A stretch of DNA of 63,791 bases, the filler included, from Corallochytrium limacisporum Hawaii (Eukaryota; Protista; Pluriformea), in the NCBI GenBank assembly GCA_002811645.1. It is 4 parts of 4 records of this genome, joined end to end, with 100 filler letters (N's around TTAATTAATTAA, not from the genome) between each part and the next. Parts side by side here need not be neighbours in the genome. Positions count along the whole stretch, not along the records: positions 18,417 to 44,810 come from PDIP01000129.1; positions 44,911 to 58,049 come from PDIP01000154.1; 2 more parts are not named here. One strand, given 5' to 3'. Of the stretch, positions 37,874-49,368 are shown piece by piece; positions within the stretch are counted from its first letter, which is position 1; every line of letters begins with the position of its first letter. The notes below the pieces were generated by a model. It saw only the letters and a list, made by a program, of their open reading frames with translations, was not told the origin of the DNA and did not search any database. Position numbers and translations under genes: made by a program.

Positions 37874-40153
37874 TCAGGCAACATACTTATAAAACCTTCG
37901 GTTGTTTTCGTCTCTCTCAAGGTACTCTTTGTCAATGAGTACCTCGATTTCCCTCTTGATTAGAGAAAGGTCAGGCTTGAAGCGACTTTGGAGTTGAGCC
38001 GCAACTTCAGAGATAAGACCGCTGTGCTCCATGTGCTTTCTTGCCTTCATGACTCGGACAATGCTGGCCTGAATAGTCAACTTCCGGTCTTCATCTACTT
38101 TCTTGCGTGTATCCTGTCGGTCTGCATCAGCCGCTTCCCTGTCCCTCATTCGAGGGATCCGAATCTTAATAACCTTACTTTGGAAATCAGTATTGAACGT
38201 ATACTTCGTCGTGCCGTCCACATCAACCCTCTTCAAAAGCCTGTGCTTGCCTGCACAAAAGGCCTTAAGTGTTCCAGTCACCTCCCTCTGAGTCAGGCCC
38301 GTCTTTCTGCACAACTCAGCTGGAGTCAATTGCTCATCTCCAGCAAAGTTAAGCAGCAACACCGCTTGATGAGTGCTCAAGGTCAATTCATACCAACGCA
38401 GGCCCACCAAACATCTTATGACAACACTTCCAAGATTGGTTTGCCAGCTGAGTTTCCTTCCTGAATGTTGATTGTAGTAATAGTTTTCAAATGACGTGAG
38501 GGCGTCCTGAAATTCCTTCGGAAGTGTGCATGGAGGTTGCATAGTGTTCGGCCAGCATCCCATCGTCAGAATCTTGACACTGAAGTCGAAGGGTGATGTG
38601 GTTGCAGTTCTGCGTTTGAATGCGTCGGTGAGGTCATTTGAGACTGCTATATCCTTGAACATGCCTTCTAGTTTGTTTGTGAATGCATAGGATGATTCAG
38701 TGTTGAGACGGCTTATCATCAAATGCTCGAGATCCTCATTTGTTACCTTATCCTGCAGCAAGCGCCTACTTAGATGGTCCTTGTAGTATCTTTCAAAGAT
38801 GTCTTTCTCACCTAAGAAGCGGTGAATCACAAGGCACTTTTCAACTAGGGACTCAAGGTCTTCATCTATGCTCAATTTGCTGCCCTTGCGAAGCAGGTCG
38901 TCAATGTACATGTTGAGATACTCTGGCAGTCTCTGATTGAGTGCCAAGACATTTCGGTAAGCCGCATGCAGGTTTTTCTGAAACGTGAGATCTCCATCGA
39001 AGCCTTTCTCTAGAATGTCATCAGTCTGGGACTTGAAGTCAAGGATATCACCGATATACTTGATGGCGTCCTTAGGTGTCAGAGATAGTGGAGTGGAAGA
39101 CCCTTCTTCGTTTGGATCCATGTCACTCGACTGACCGATAGCAACAATACCCCGCCCAGTTGAGATCACATACTCGCTAAAGACCTCGAGCATCCTTGTA
39201 ATCCCACCATCAACCCGCTTCAGTAATCCATGCATACGGGCGACGTCATCATGCTGGTAATTCTTCAACATATATGAGAGACCGCTATTTTCCGGGCTCA
39301 AAAGCCTGTCGAGATGGTTGGCAATCATCTCAGTTTCAACAACCCTGACCACTTTGTCTTCGGTTCCCACATCTAGACACTGCATAACACGATCACTCTC
39401 TTCTTTAAGACGATTCTCGACCTTTTTCAAGTATGAGCTCACGTCATTTTCCTCAATGTAACGGATACTTTCACTGTGGAAGTGCTGCTGCGACCTTTCC
39501 AGATAATAGAGTTCAAATTCTGCCTCATAGTAATAGCGGCTATTGATCCCGAGGTGTAGCAGCATTTGGACAATGCTTCGAAGAGTACTATGATCCATCG
39601 GTTCCCCTAGTCGTTCCCTTTGAATATGGTCCAGCATTGCTTCTCGAGTCTGCTCTCTGATTGGCGACTTGCTAGTCACCTCCTCTCGAAAGATTTTCAG
39701 ACCTAGTTCCTTGGCTGTCAACATTTCCTGCTTTCGGATATGTGCTCTTTCGAAGTACATGAGAATGTCTTGAATCATTCTCATGGCTGTTGTGTGGTCT
39801 TTCCATACTGTCTCAAGGGTTCTTATTAATGTAGTGTTGTCATCCAGGTTGGCTTCAACTTTCTTCGCTTCTTGCTGCAGATGTTCTCTGATCACATCCT
39901 GTAGACCCTCGTATAGGACATTTCCCTTTTTGTTCAACACTATTGTGTAGGCATAACGATACAGTTCTTCAAAGCTCAATTTGGATGGATTCTTTAACTG
40001 AATCTCCTTAATTGCCTTTCTCAACAGCTCCCAGTTCGAGGTTGCGTGCTGTGGATTGATCTGTGGGATATTGGCTGTAACGTTGACAGCCATCTTCCCC
40101 AGCCTTCGCCGAGGAGGCTGAAAATTACTCATTCTTGTTGTTGATGGGCTCAT
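37874..40153 (-). CDS. CUL3: Cullin-3
   Basis: 'WELLRKAIKEIQLKNPSKLSFEELYRYAYTIVL', 'KDIFERYYKDHLSRRLL', 'FTNKLEGMFKDI', 'HSGRKLSWQ' and neddylation region 'IQASIVRVMKARK..IEVLIDKEYLER'. Confidence 0.93.
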   Translation of the reverse strand: MSPSTTRMSNFQPPRRRLGKMAVNVTANIPQINPQHATSNWELLRKAIKEIQLKNPSKLSFEELYRYAYTIVLNKKGNVLYEGLQDVIREHLQQEAKKVEANLDDNTTLIRTLETVWKDHTTAMRMIQDILMYFERAHIRKQEMLTAKELGLKIFREEVTSKSPIREQTREAMLDHIQRERLGEPMDHSTLRSIVQMLLHLGINSRYYYEAEFELYYLERSQQHFHSESIRYIEENDVSSYLKKVENRLKEESDRVMQCLDVGTEDKVVRVVETEMIANHLDRLLSPENSGLSYMLKNYQHDDVARMHGLLKRVDGGITRMLEVFSEYVISTGRGIVAIGQSSDMDPNEEGSSTPLSLTPKDAIKYIGDILDFKSQTDDILEKGFDGDLTFQKNLHAAYRNVLALNQRLPEYLNMYIDDLLRKGSKLSIDEDLESLVEKCLVIHRFLGEKDIFERYYKDHLSRRLLQDKVTNEDLEHLMISRLNTESSYAFTNKLEGMFKDIAVSNDLTDAFKRRTATTSPFDFSVKILTMGCWPNTMQPPCTLPKEFQDALTSFENYYYNQHSGRKLSWQTNLGSVVIRCLVGLRWYELTLSTHQAVLLLNFAGDEQLTPAELCRKTGLTQREVTGTLKAFCAGKHRLLKRVDVDGTTKYTFNTDFQSKVIKIRIPRMRDREAADADRQDTRKKVDEDRKLTIQASIVRVMKARKHMEHSGLISEVAAQLQSRFKPDLSLIKREIEVLIDKEYLERDENNRRFYKYVA

Positions 40154-41324
40154 TAGACCATCTTACGGACCATCGAATTTCCCACTTTTGCGTACACAGC
40201 AGAGCAAATGGCGTCTGTACATACTCATTATTTCAGGAGGATTTTTTCCAAACAGGAACTTAAGTACTTTGTACAATAGTAAGACAGACATAGAAAGCTT
40301 CAGCCTTTCAACGTCATGTTGCTTATACTCTACTTCGGTGCACATGATCAAGCCCTGCGCCGATCGGGAAGACCCGCATATGTGTCAGTCTTCGGATCAG
40401 GGAGGGAAGGTGGGTAATTTCTGAGTAGCCTGGCTGCGAAAACGTATGTATTCCCTCCTCGCCGCCCGTAACGGCCGAAACGTAGAGCCAAGCCAGAGTG
40501 CTGACAGGAGCGGCAGCCACAACGCTAGGTCGCGATAGTGTGGGCTTGTCAACCCACCTTCTGAGCTGTCGGATGTCTGAAACACAGAGTTTTACTGTCG
40601 TACCACGACTTGGGTCTCCTGGTTTGTGTGGAGCGGTGTAGTTCAACAGCCAAATCGAAAATGACCAAACTCCTCAAATCGAAGACTTGTCGCGCGTCAT
40701 TTCTTCTCCTGTGAACTAGCAGACACTGACGTTTGTTAGCCAAACTTCCCAGCACGAAACACTCACGGCGCGCATTTCACTCTCTCCTCTCGAAGGAAGG
40801 GGTCTTTGGAACGACTCTGTACCACCCTGTATGTAGCAGGCTTAACTGTGAAAGTCAAAGGGACTGCCTAGGGTTCCCTACCCAGCCGCTCTGTCACCAG
40901 CCGCTTCCCCACCGCCCCTATGGTGAGCAGCAGTTTCAGTTGTATAAGCAATATGGAGAGGGCGGAACTGCCCCTACTGGGACACAGAAGCCTGCCGGGG
41001 CTCTGGAAATATGGAACCCCTTCCACCAGCTCAGCTACCCGGTATGAGTTTGGCGCCGAAAATTCAGAAAAAATATCTTGGGCAAGAACTCGATACTATG
41101 GTGAGGGGTTGGAGAGTTTAGTATGCCTTGGCCAAAAAGAGGTCTCTGACAACCCTTAGGAAAGAACCAGTCAATTGAAAAGAGAACTTGCTAAGAGGCT
41201 AGGAGATGCAAAGACTATGACAAGGTATGCATTTGTATTTAAGAGGAATGGTGTATTTAAACCAATAAAGCTGCTGTGAGAAAATGGTCACCGGGAATCA
41301 CAGTGAGAGAACACAACTGAAATC

Positions 41325-42659
41325 ATGTCAAACGAATACTCATACCCGCTCCTGAAGTCTGTCGAAATTTCGGCATTCCTCAGGGAGGTCGGTCTATCTG
41401 TCAAAGAAAAGGAGCTTCAGAATCCGACCCCCGAAATGGTTACCCGCATCTATGAAGTCTTTGTTGAATTACTCATGGGGGCCACTCGGGAGGATCTGAT
41501 TACGAGTACTGCCAGTGTGCGAAACGAAGACCATTTGGGACAGCATCCTGAACTCCATGAGGAGTCTTCCATTCAAGAGCTCATGTTCCGTGCCATTCAG
41601 ACGCTTATGGAAACCTGTGGGGTCAGCGACTTTACAATCCGGGATTTGATTGCACCCGAACCGAAGCGCACTCGGTCAACTCTGAGTGCCGTCGTCAACT
41701 TCGCGCGCTTCCGAGAGGAGCACATGGAAAAGTACAGGGAGCTTTTGGAGGGTACGGAAGGGTTGGTAAGTAGGAAGCAGATTCTACAGGCTCGCCTTGC
41801 CGACGTGAATGAAGAGGTGGGCAAGTACCGAGCTGAGAAAGCCGCACAGCAACCCGAAGTGGATATCCGCACTCATGAACTCTCAGCTCTGAATGCAACC
41901 ATTGACAAATTGCACGAAGAACAGCACAGGTTGCAACTGGAGCTCCGCAGTGTCAAGGAGGAGAACCTGAAGTTGGAAGAGGAGCACGCCACCATTGAAA
42001 AGACCCTCCAGCAAGAAAGCCGCGAACTGGGTACCTTGCGTGACGCCTACGTACCTGAACCTGAAGTTCTACACAACCATGTTGTTGAGACTGAAAACCG
42101 CATTGAACAGGTCAAGGTTGCGCTGGAAGAGAGCCAGCGTAAGGCTCGTGAATTTATGGTCAAAGTGGAATCCCTCAATAAGGTGCATGAGGATCTGCAG
42201 AACGTCTTGGTTGACATGACCAACACGGAGAATACTATCAAGGCCACTCATGAGGCAGAGCGAAGTGTTGAAGCAAGCCAGGAAGAATGCGAGCGCTTGC
42301 AGCAGCAGGTGCAGGAGACTCAGCAGAAAGCAGTCAATTCTAAGAGAATGCTTTCTAACTACCAAAAGAAAATCTATCGTGCGCAGGAGAAAGGTACAAC
42401 GAGGCAAGAGACTCTCCAGTCCAAACTGCAAGACGTCCAGGCCGAGAACCAATCCTTAATTGAAGAAGAGGCTTTTAACAGACAAAAAGGAGTGGAGCTG
42501 GAGAGTAAGGCCAATCAGATACGAGACAATACGGCAAGAGAACGAGAGAGGCGGGATGCCGAAGTTGAGGAGATGAAGAAGAGCGTCGAAGAGCTATCCA
42601 AGAGCGTTCGTGCCTATCACAACAGCATTTCAGGACACTTGCAGGTTCATTGTCCCTGA
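41325..42659 (+). CDS. NUF2: Kinetochore protein Nuf2 (Ndc80 complex)
   Basis: 'YSYPLL..ELQNPTP', 'CGVSDFTIRDLIAPEPKRTRSTLSAVVNFARFREE' CH domain, followed by a long coiled coil. Confidence 0.92.
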   Translation: MSNEYSYPLLKSVEISAFLREVGLSVKEKELQNPTPEMVTRIYEVFVELLMGATREDLITSTASVRNEDHLGQHPELHEESSIQELMFRAIQTLMETCGVSDFTIRDLIAPEPKRTRSTLSAVVNFARFREEHMEKYRELLEGTEGLVSRKQILQARLADVNEEVGKYRAEKAAQQPEVDIRTHELSALNATIDKLHEEQHRLQLELRSVKEENLKLEEEHATIEKTLQQESRELGTLRDAYVPEPEVLHNHVVETENRIEQVKVALEESQRKAREFMVKVESLNKVHEDLQNVLVDMTNTENTIKATHEAERSVEASQEECERLQQQVQETQQKAVNSKRMLSNYQKKIYRAQEKGTTRQETLQSKLQDVQAENQSLIEEEAFNRQKGVELESKANQIRDNTARERERRDAEVEEMKKSVEELSKSVRAYHNSISGHLQVHCP

Positions 42660-43080
42660 ACTTCACTAATTCTATTCATTTCCATTCTTCATAACCACTA
42701 TTTAAATAAAATGGACTTGGCAACTTATTATGCGGAGCTATTGAAAAGGACTCTAACGAATGTACGGCTTCTGCAACATCCTTCGGGACAGCCCTCCACT
42801 TCGTCCCCCTTCCTGCCAGCAAGTAACCACTGCCTGCCCCCCCCCCCTTCTCAAGGGAAGTCGGGAACAGGGTCACTATGGAACCCTATTGGTGACGGAT
42901 CGTGACGGTAGTCGGGGCGGGTTTCGGGCCGGCAGAACGACGTGCCCTGTTCACCTTGACCAACGCCCAAAAGAGGTACAAAGTGACGTCTCGTTGGAAT
43001 TGAATGTACAACAGTTACAATATGCGCAAAAGGTCAAATTTGTAGACAATCTAGGATAGGACAGGACAATCATACAAATC

Positions 43081-43764
43081 ATGTCTAAACGGAAAGCAGA
43101 AGAGCCTACTCCAAAGGGAGGCATGAAGAGTTCCAAGAAGCCGAAGAACTCTAAAACCAAAGAAAAGGACACTGAGTTCACAGAACCATTGCCCAAGAGG
43201 GACAAAAAGAAGAGGTTACGATTTCCAGACCATCCAGAGTTTATGCCAAATCTAACTCCGAAAGAAGTTCTACAGAGTGGTGCCTTTGGAGGCACTTACT
43301 TCCGTAACATTAGGAGTAGTGTTACAGGAAAGTGCTACAGGGACGTATGGAAGGAGCTTCCTGAGGATTGGATTGATGGACTAAGTGTCAAAAGACACCT
43401 TGCATCTCAAGAATATCGGTTGGATGTGAATAAATACCATGCCAAGTGTGGACAGACTCTTGAGCAATGGGAATCTTCAGGCTGGATTACAGGACAAGAT
43501 CCCTATGGATGGTTCCAATGGTATTGTCGTTTCTATCAAGGCCGCCGAAGTGCCGACGATGGTCGTCAGATTGCTAGAGCTCGTGGCGTCATCAGCGATA
43601 GCGGTCGATTCCGGAACCAGCTGATAAACAAGTGCCATGCAAGCGGCAAGAGTTTCGACGACACCAGTGTTTCACCTGTGATTAGGCAAGTTTTGCTGCA
43701 CTGGGGATACGAGCTGACTGAAGCCGATGCCATGACCTATCTAAAGAAAAAGGGAAAGGCATAA
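43081..43764 (+). CDS. Conserved uncharacterised protein ('FGGTYFR ... DPYGWFQWYCRFY' family)
   Basis: Strongly patterned core 'PEFMPNLTPKEVLQSGAFGGTYFR', 'QDPYGWFQWYCRFYQGRRSADDGRQI', 'SPVIRQVLLHWGY'; Lys-rich N-terminus. Confidence 0.8.
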   Translation: MSKRKAEEPTPKGGMKSSKKPKNSKTKEKDTEFTEPLPKRDKKKRLRFPDHPEFMPNLTPKEVLQSGAFGGTYFRNIRSSVTGKCYRDVWKELPEDWIDGLSVKRHLASQEYRLDVNKYHAKCGQTLEQWESSGWITGQDPYGWFQWYCRFYQGRRSADDGRQIARARGVISDSGRFRNQLINKCHASGKSFDDTSVSPVIRQVLLHWGYELTEADAMTYLKKKGKA

Positions 43765-43800
43765 CCGTGAACCCACACGGCAAACGTAAAATCTTACTAC

Positions 43801-43822
43801 TATATATATATATATATATATA
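43801..43822. repeat. (TA)n microsatellite between convergent stops
   Basis: Visible run of about 11 TA units. Confidence 0.9.
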
Positions 43823-43832
43823 CATTACTACA

Positions 43833-44561
43833 TTACGCACCTGGGCGGTAGCCATCGTCTAGCATTGCATCCAAAATACGGCGAACGTTCCGGCAGTCGT
43901 CTATTCCTGAATGATGACGACCTTCAAGCTCAAGATTGAGCAATTGCAGCATGCCAATCATGCCTCCATCTGGGTTTTTCTTGAAATACCGCCTGAAGTC
44001 ACGCTTGATGTTAAGCCATGTTAGCATGTGCCGCGGCACGTACATCTTGTGAAGGCTGCAATTGTGGGGCAGACAGGTCTTGAAGTCCCAATCTCCGCAG
44101 GTCATGTAAACAAATGAATTAGTCTTATTACCAGAAACATCCCCGTGAATGTCTTGGGTTAGCCCGTGTTTCTGCAACCAACTCTCATGCAACCGCATAG
44201 CCTCAGGGAACGTTGGTGCCGAGTCCACTGTGCCTTGCTCGATTCCAGTCAGTTCCGTACAGAACTTGGTCAATTGTGGATTGAGTGTAGGTTTTACGTA
44301 GGTATGGAATTCATCTACCACGGTACCGTCTTTCAGGCTGTACAGGAGGGTCGGAAACTCGATGATTTCATTGTTCGGTTCCAAGGGAGTCTCGTTTGGA
44401 TCGTGACAGGTAGCTTCGAAATCCAGAATCAGAGCATAGTCAATGGCCGCAGGCTGCCTTCCCAGATTTCTCCGCACTATTGTTTTGTGTTTCGTGACTC
44501 TGTCAACTTTTTTCATAAGATGAACCACCTGAGGTGCTCGTATTGCTATTGTTGCTCGCAT
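43833..44561 (-). CDS. ERI1-family 3'-5' exoribonuclease (DEDDh; ERI2/ERI3-like)
   Basis: LILDFEATC, EIIEFP, FHTYVKP..LTKFCTELTGI, TCGDWDF, LEGRHHSGIDDCRN. First ATG at 44561; start is uncertain. Confidence 0.92.
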   Translation of the reverse strand: MRATIAIRAPQVVHLMKKVDRVTKHKTIVRRNLGRQPAAIDYALILDFEATCHDPNETPLEPNNEIIEFPTLLYSLKDGTVVDEFHTYVKPTLNPQLTKFCTELTGIEQGTVDSAPTFPEAMRLHESWLQKHGLTQDIHGDVSGNKTNSFVYMTCGDWDFKTCLPHNCSLHKMYVPRHMLTWLNIKRDFRRYFKKNPDGGMIGMLQLLNLELEGRHHSGIDDCRNVRRILDAMLDDGYRPGA

Positions 44562-44810
44562 GGCAGTCAAGTAAGCCTATATCGATATCAATGCCTACTC
44601 CCTCGAGTGTGCTGATTCGCTCTAAGCAAAGCATGCTTACCGACTGGCTCAAATTTATACACTGCCTGTTGGTTGTAATACGTTCAGATATGGAATACTG
44701 ATGAATTGGTTGCGCAAAGTCAAGAATTTTTCATTGTGGTTGTTTTCCTCGCACATGACATGTGTGATGCTTGGCCCACGTTAAGACCACAAGGGCCCCT
44801 CCCCCCCCCC

Positions 44811-44910
44811 NNNNNNNNNNNNNNNNNNNNNNNNNNNNNNNNNNNNNNNNNNNNTTAATTAATTAANNNNNNNNNNNNNNNNNNNNNNNNNNNNNNNNNN
44901 NNNNNNNNNN
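44811..44910. other. Artificial 100-bp scaffold linker
   Basis: N44-TTAATTAATTAA-N44. Confidence 0.95.
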
Positions 44911-45493
44911 TGGGTCAGAGAGGGTTTCGGGGTCGCTGAGTTCGAATTTGAACTCGGTTGGCGCGAATTTCTCCCTCCCTCCTTATTCCGGTTGATTAAA
45001 TATGATTTGGAGCAATATTTCGACGCAGAGGATAGTACACAAGGATCCGGGCGCTTGCTCACGGCTCAGCGTTGATCCCCTCCATGAGCCAGTCGTGTAT
45101 TGCCGATTTTGACAACGCCCTTAGTATCTCACTTGCCTCTCTAGCTACTGACCTACGGTCTTCATTCTCCTTCTCTCCCATTAGTCTCTTAGAGTTCATT
45201 TATTGGCTCATCGGTGTCAGTTGCAAACCGATAGACGATTCGGCAGTTTCTGCACCGATTGGTTGTCCTCTAAATCTGTGCGAGGGCGCAAGATTCTCAT
45301 CATCTGCACGCGCTGAACTTATCAAGAAGACAGCCACTTTCGAGTTGTACCGTTCCTACTGCCTGCCTCGGTCTTGCCCTCCCTTGCTTGGGACAATTGG
45401 ACTACGTCACGGAGACGTAGTTGTACATACACTACACCTAGGACATTGCGAAACTGAAGGACAGCCTTAGTGCCAAAACGGCCACGTGGCAGT

Positions 45494-47347
45494 TTAAGTT
45501 CTATATGCTGCGGGCCTCGAGATAACGGGAAGATCCTTGGCAGTATCAGGTGCCCGATTGCGATGACAGAGCCGCCAGGCTATGAACGCAAGAATGGCCA
45601 GGCCGACTACGCCGCCAATGACAATCCCAGCAATTGCTGAATCAGACAGATGATGCGAAGTCTGCGGAGTCTGTACGTTGCCATTATTCTTGACGTAGTC
45701 AGCCATGGCCTGGAAGTTTGGGGTGCCTAAGCCCGTCACAGGATTCCAACCAGCGATCGCGTCGAAGCCAGGACAGGTGTTGGAATCGATGCCGAGACCG
45801 TTGTTACCCTCCGTAATCTGAGTGAACGTATTAGGGTCGTCCACAGCCATCTTATACAGAAGGGGGTTTAGAAACCCGAGAGGTTGGCCACCGTTATTGA
45901 AACGAACGTCGTTAAGCAAACTAACGATTCCAGCAAAAGTAGGCGTAGAGGCCGAAGTACCGCTGACAACAATTTCCTCACCGCCTTGGATAATTCTAAA
46001 GTTTGTGGCAAAGGCAGAGACATCCGGGTAGCCACGTCCCCGGCTATTGTAGAAACTGCTATCTGGAAGGTCCTTTGCAGACTTAAAGAAGTTTTCTACT
46101 GCACTATCCTGATAGCTGGGGCGACTGAATGCATTGCTGAAGCCACCACCAGAATTAGACCAGCCCAGAGACGCACCGTCCGTACCACCGACTGAGGTGA
46201 CGTATGGCGAAGAGGTTGGAAAAATGGGTATAAAGGGCGACCCAGTCCTTGTGCAACCCACGCCGCTATCCCCAGAGGCGACCAAAATAGTGCGTCCCAT
46301 AACGCCAAACTTCATGAACTGTTTGTTCAGGTTGTTTATGTTCTCAAGCAGTGATGATCCAGATTCAGTATCCCCATAGCTCATAGAATGGACCCAGGGG
46401 GAATCATCGGTGTCTATCTGGCCACTAATCCAATCTATCAGGCTAAAGAAATCGTCCTGGTACACGACCCAGGTCTCGACTCCTTGGCCGACGGCCATGA
46501 TATACTGGACGTCCAAGCTGGCCTCGTCCCCTGGGAAATCGGGATCGTTCTGACCCACAACCTTCATGACTGGGGTTTCCTTGACGTGGAATGTGGATTG
46601 AAACTTCGACAGATCATTCGGGCTGAAGAAAAACTGTTGGAAGGACGCAATAGCCTGAGTGGTCTTGGGATTTGTGGCGATGTAATCAATCCCATACGTT
46701 TTCATGATGACATCAGGAGTTATTGGAGGGCCCTGAGGGCTTTGACGTCGACGGTTGTCAACGACATTGGCAGCCTGCACAGTCATATGATGCCCACGAG
46801 GCAGCAAACCTGTGATCTCGTCTAAGGCCTCGCCTACCTCCTGCGGAACAGTGTAGCCCATGGTGCGGATAAACTCTCTACCCGGGTGGCCCTGGTAAGC
46901 ATAGCGACGGAATTTAGTACGAAACGCTTTCTCGGCCTCACAGACCGAGATGTGTATCGTAATTAGATCTTTCGCGGTAGTCTTGATGACCTTGTTCCAA
47001 TGAAATGTCTTCAGCCATGACTCCACAGCGTTAATGTGGTCGGGGTGCGGCATCACAATCTCAGCCACCTGGTCCACTGTCCGCCACTGACCATACTGAG
47101 GACTGTTCGGGTCGGTAACATTCCAGAACAGTTCTTCCAAGTATGTCTCATTTTGGTGTTTCAGGGCAAAAATAATCTTTATATCTTGTTCGCAACTATC
47201 GTTGTCATTCACCTCACCAAGGTCAACCCACCCATCTGGTAGGGTATAGGTTCTCGTAGCGAAATCAAAGGCAGCTGAACCCTCCGTTCTAGCAATATTG
47301 GCCAGCAGCACACTGCCGAATATGAGACCTATCAGTGAGATTTGCAT
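45494..47347 (-). CDS. TPP1: Tripeptidyl-peptidase I / sedolisin (S53) precursor with signal peptide and C-terminal TM anchor
   Basis: Signal peptide from ATG 47347 (MQISLIGLIFG); prodomain 'VTDPNSPQYGQW'; catalytic EASLD, ASGDSG, GTSASTP; Ca site 'GWNPVTGLGTPN'; TM 'AIAGIVIGGVVGLAILAFIAW'. Confidence 0.9.
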   Translation of the reverse strand: MQISLIGLIFGSVLLANIARTEGSAAFDFATRTYTLPDGWVDLGEVNDNDSCEQDIKIIFALKHQNETYLEELFWNVTDPNSPQYGQWRTVDQVAEIVMPHPDHINAVESWLKTFHWNKVIKTTAKDLITIHISVCEAEKAFRTKFRRYAYQGHPGREFIRTMGYTVPQEVGEALDEITGLLPRGHHMTVQAANVVDNRRRQSPQGPPITPDVIMKTYGIDYIATNPKTTQAIASFQQFFFSPNDLSKFQSTFHVKETPVMKVVGQNDPDFPGDEASLDVQYIMAVGQGVETWVVYQDDFFSLIDWISGQIDTDDSPWVHSMSYGDTESGSSLLENINNLNKQFMKFGVMGRTILVASGDSGVGCTRTGSPFIPIFPTSSPYVTSVGGTDGASLGWSNSGGGFSNAFSRPSYQDSAVENFFKSAKDLPDSSFYNSRGRGYPDVSAFATNFRIIQGGEEIVVSGTSASTPTFAGIVSLLNDVRFNNGGQPLGFLNPLLYKMAVDDPNTFTQITEGNNGLGIDSNTCPGFDAIAGWNPVTGLGTPNFQAMADYVKNNGNVQTPQTSHHLSDSAIAGIVIGGVVGLAILAFIAWRLCHRNRAPDTAKDLPVISRPAAYRT

Positions 47348-49368
47348 CCCTATTGTTTTCAAATTTACATTGGTGTAATGGTAAAACGTGATTCTACGTA
47401 CTGCATTGATACGTGATAAGAAAAAGCTACGGCCCAAACCCAGCGACCGTGATCCTTAAGGACCTTTCGGGTTCTGGTCACAGGGAGGAAGGAAACCCTA
47501 CCATGCGAAAGATTATATCGAGCATAATTCCATACCACAGACGGAAGAATCGTTCTCATCTGGGAGGCGGTGATCTCTGACCATGTTGACACAAGTAAAC
47601 AGGCGCTGAGGACCCTCGGCGGCGAAGGTCGACTTCGGCAGCACACAACAAAGACAGCCGGACCTCACAACACAGACTGCATGCACGTATTGTTGCAGGT
47701 TGATTCTACTTGTGACAAAGGCTATGGTGTACACATTTCACCAACGAGCTTGAGGCGTTGGAGCCACGCAGGTTACCCGATTCCCGAGCATTGACAGGCT
47801 TCTTGCTCAGTGATTTAACTGGGTGAGCACTCAAGTATAGTACATCAAGGACAGTGGTTTGCATTGGCCCACTGCCTGTGGATGCAAGACCTCCATTGTC
47901 GTTCGCACAGACCTAATGCATTATATGTGCGGATATTGCTACCACCGCACTAGTTTGGACAGTATCATCCCCGTTAATGGCTTCCGTCAAATCGGTATGC
48001 AAAAAAAGGGCGGTGTTTAATCGAAATGCGCCGGGATAGGAATAGTTTTCACCTTATTAATCTCTTTGGAGGCGGTGGCTGCAGTACCCCACACCTTCGA
48101 TCCCGTGGCGAGCTGAAAGCGTGGGCCAGTTATGTAGGTGGTACAGCTTTATCACGGTCTGGAACCCGTTGCCCATGTCAGCCTCGATTGGTTGTCACCT
48201 ACTGTTGGGAGAACTTGGTCCAGTACCGGGAGCACGGTATCTTGAAAAAAGTCGTATACAAGCGGTTTCGATGCCCGTGGACACTAGGAGTGAAAATTGA
48301 AAGAAATATAGAAATTACAGAGTCCAACGGTGCCGGCTTTTGATCGAATACCAAAAGCCAACCCATTAATTTCCGCCACCTCCGGCCTTTCCCCCGGCTG
48401 GTCCTCGCTAATCGTGTTGCAAGCTGTAGCACTCATTGCCACCCTGAACATTGGAGAAACGTAAACTCGTGACTTGGACGTGGATCTGGAGAATGAAGAA
48501 AGCAGTCATAGGACTGTTGTGTCACACACATATCACGTTAAAAAATTGTCGCAGAGTGCAACCGTACTCAGAAGTACCCAATGAATAACCTGCTGTGATC
48601 ACCGCCAATGCCCCAGTGGATATCTTTTGCGGCAGTCCGGAGCGCGTGTAGGAAGGAGACGTGATTGTTAAAGATTTTTGTGTGTGTCTTGCTAGCCGGG
48701 GACGGCAGCTCAGCTCATTGAGTCCACAACGATCAGCATAAGACCCCGACGGAGTCATATGGAGATTGTAACTCCTGCCACAGACGTTAACATTCAGCAA
48801 CAATTCAAAGAGTCGGTTCTCGGCATGTACACACCCCGTTCCCGGGGAACTATGGAGATACAAGGCACGCCATTTCCGTTCAAAGGGTCCATATCCAGCA
48901 GATCTGCCATGTCACAAGGGACAGACCAACGTTGTGCTGCTCAAACTATGGAGAGCACAATAGGTTGTCTTTGTACTTGTCATTCAGTGCTGCGGGAGAT
49001 CCTCAGAGTAGACCTTAAATGTTCCTATCTTATTAATAGTATTGTTGTCGTGTTGTCGTAGAATTGCGGAGACGCTTTCGATAAATACGATTGGTACTTA
49101 GGTGCTCTAATCATAGCAGAACCCAATGTCAAACAGTCTTAGCTGGCGTACTTCTGAAGCACAGTGTGGTACTTTCTCATGACACCACTGTTCCACTAAA
49201 TACTGTTCTGGAGACCAAAAGTTCTCACTTAGTGGAGGTTATGTCATTGTGTGCAGGAATGAGATTAATAGACGGTCACAGTCTTTTATACCTTTGTATT
49301 TAGGCTGGAATATGGCCAGCGAGGAAGTCAGCGGCGGAAAGATGATCCAAAACTTCGGCCAAAACACT

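Noticed and set aside
40163-40351. 62-codon ORF ending just before the CUL3 start (uORF or extra exon)
   Set aside because: No recognisable similarity and CUL3 is complete without it; unsupported without transcript data.
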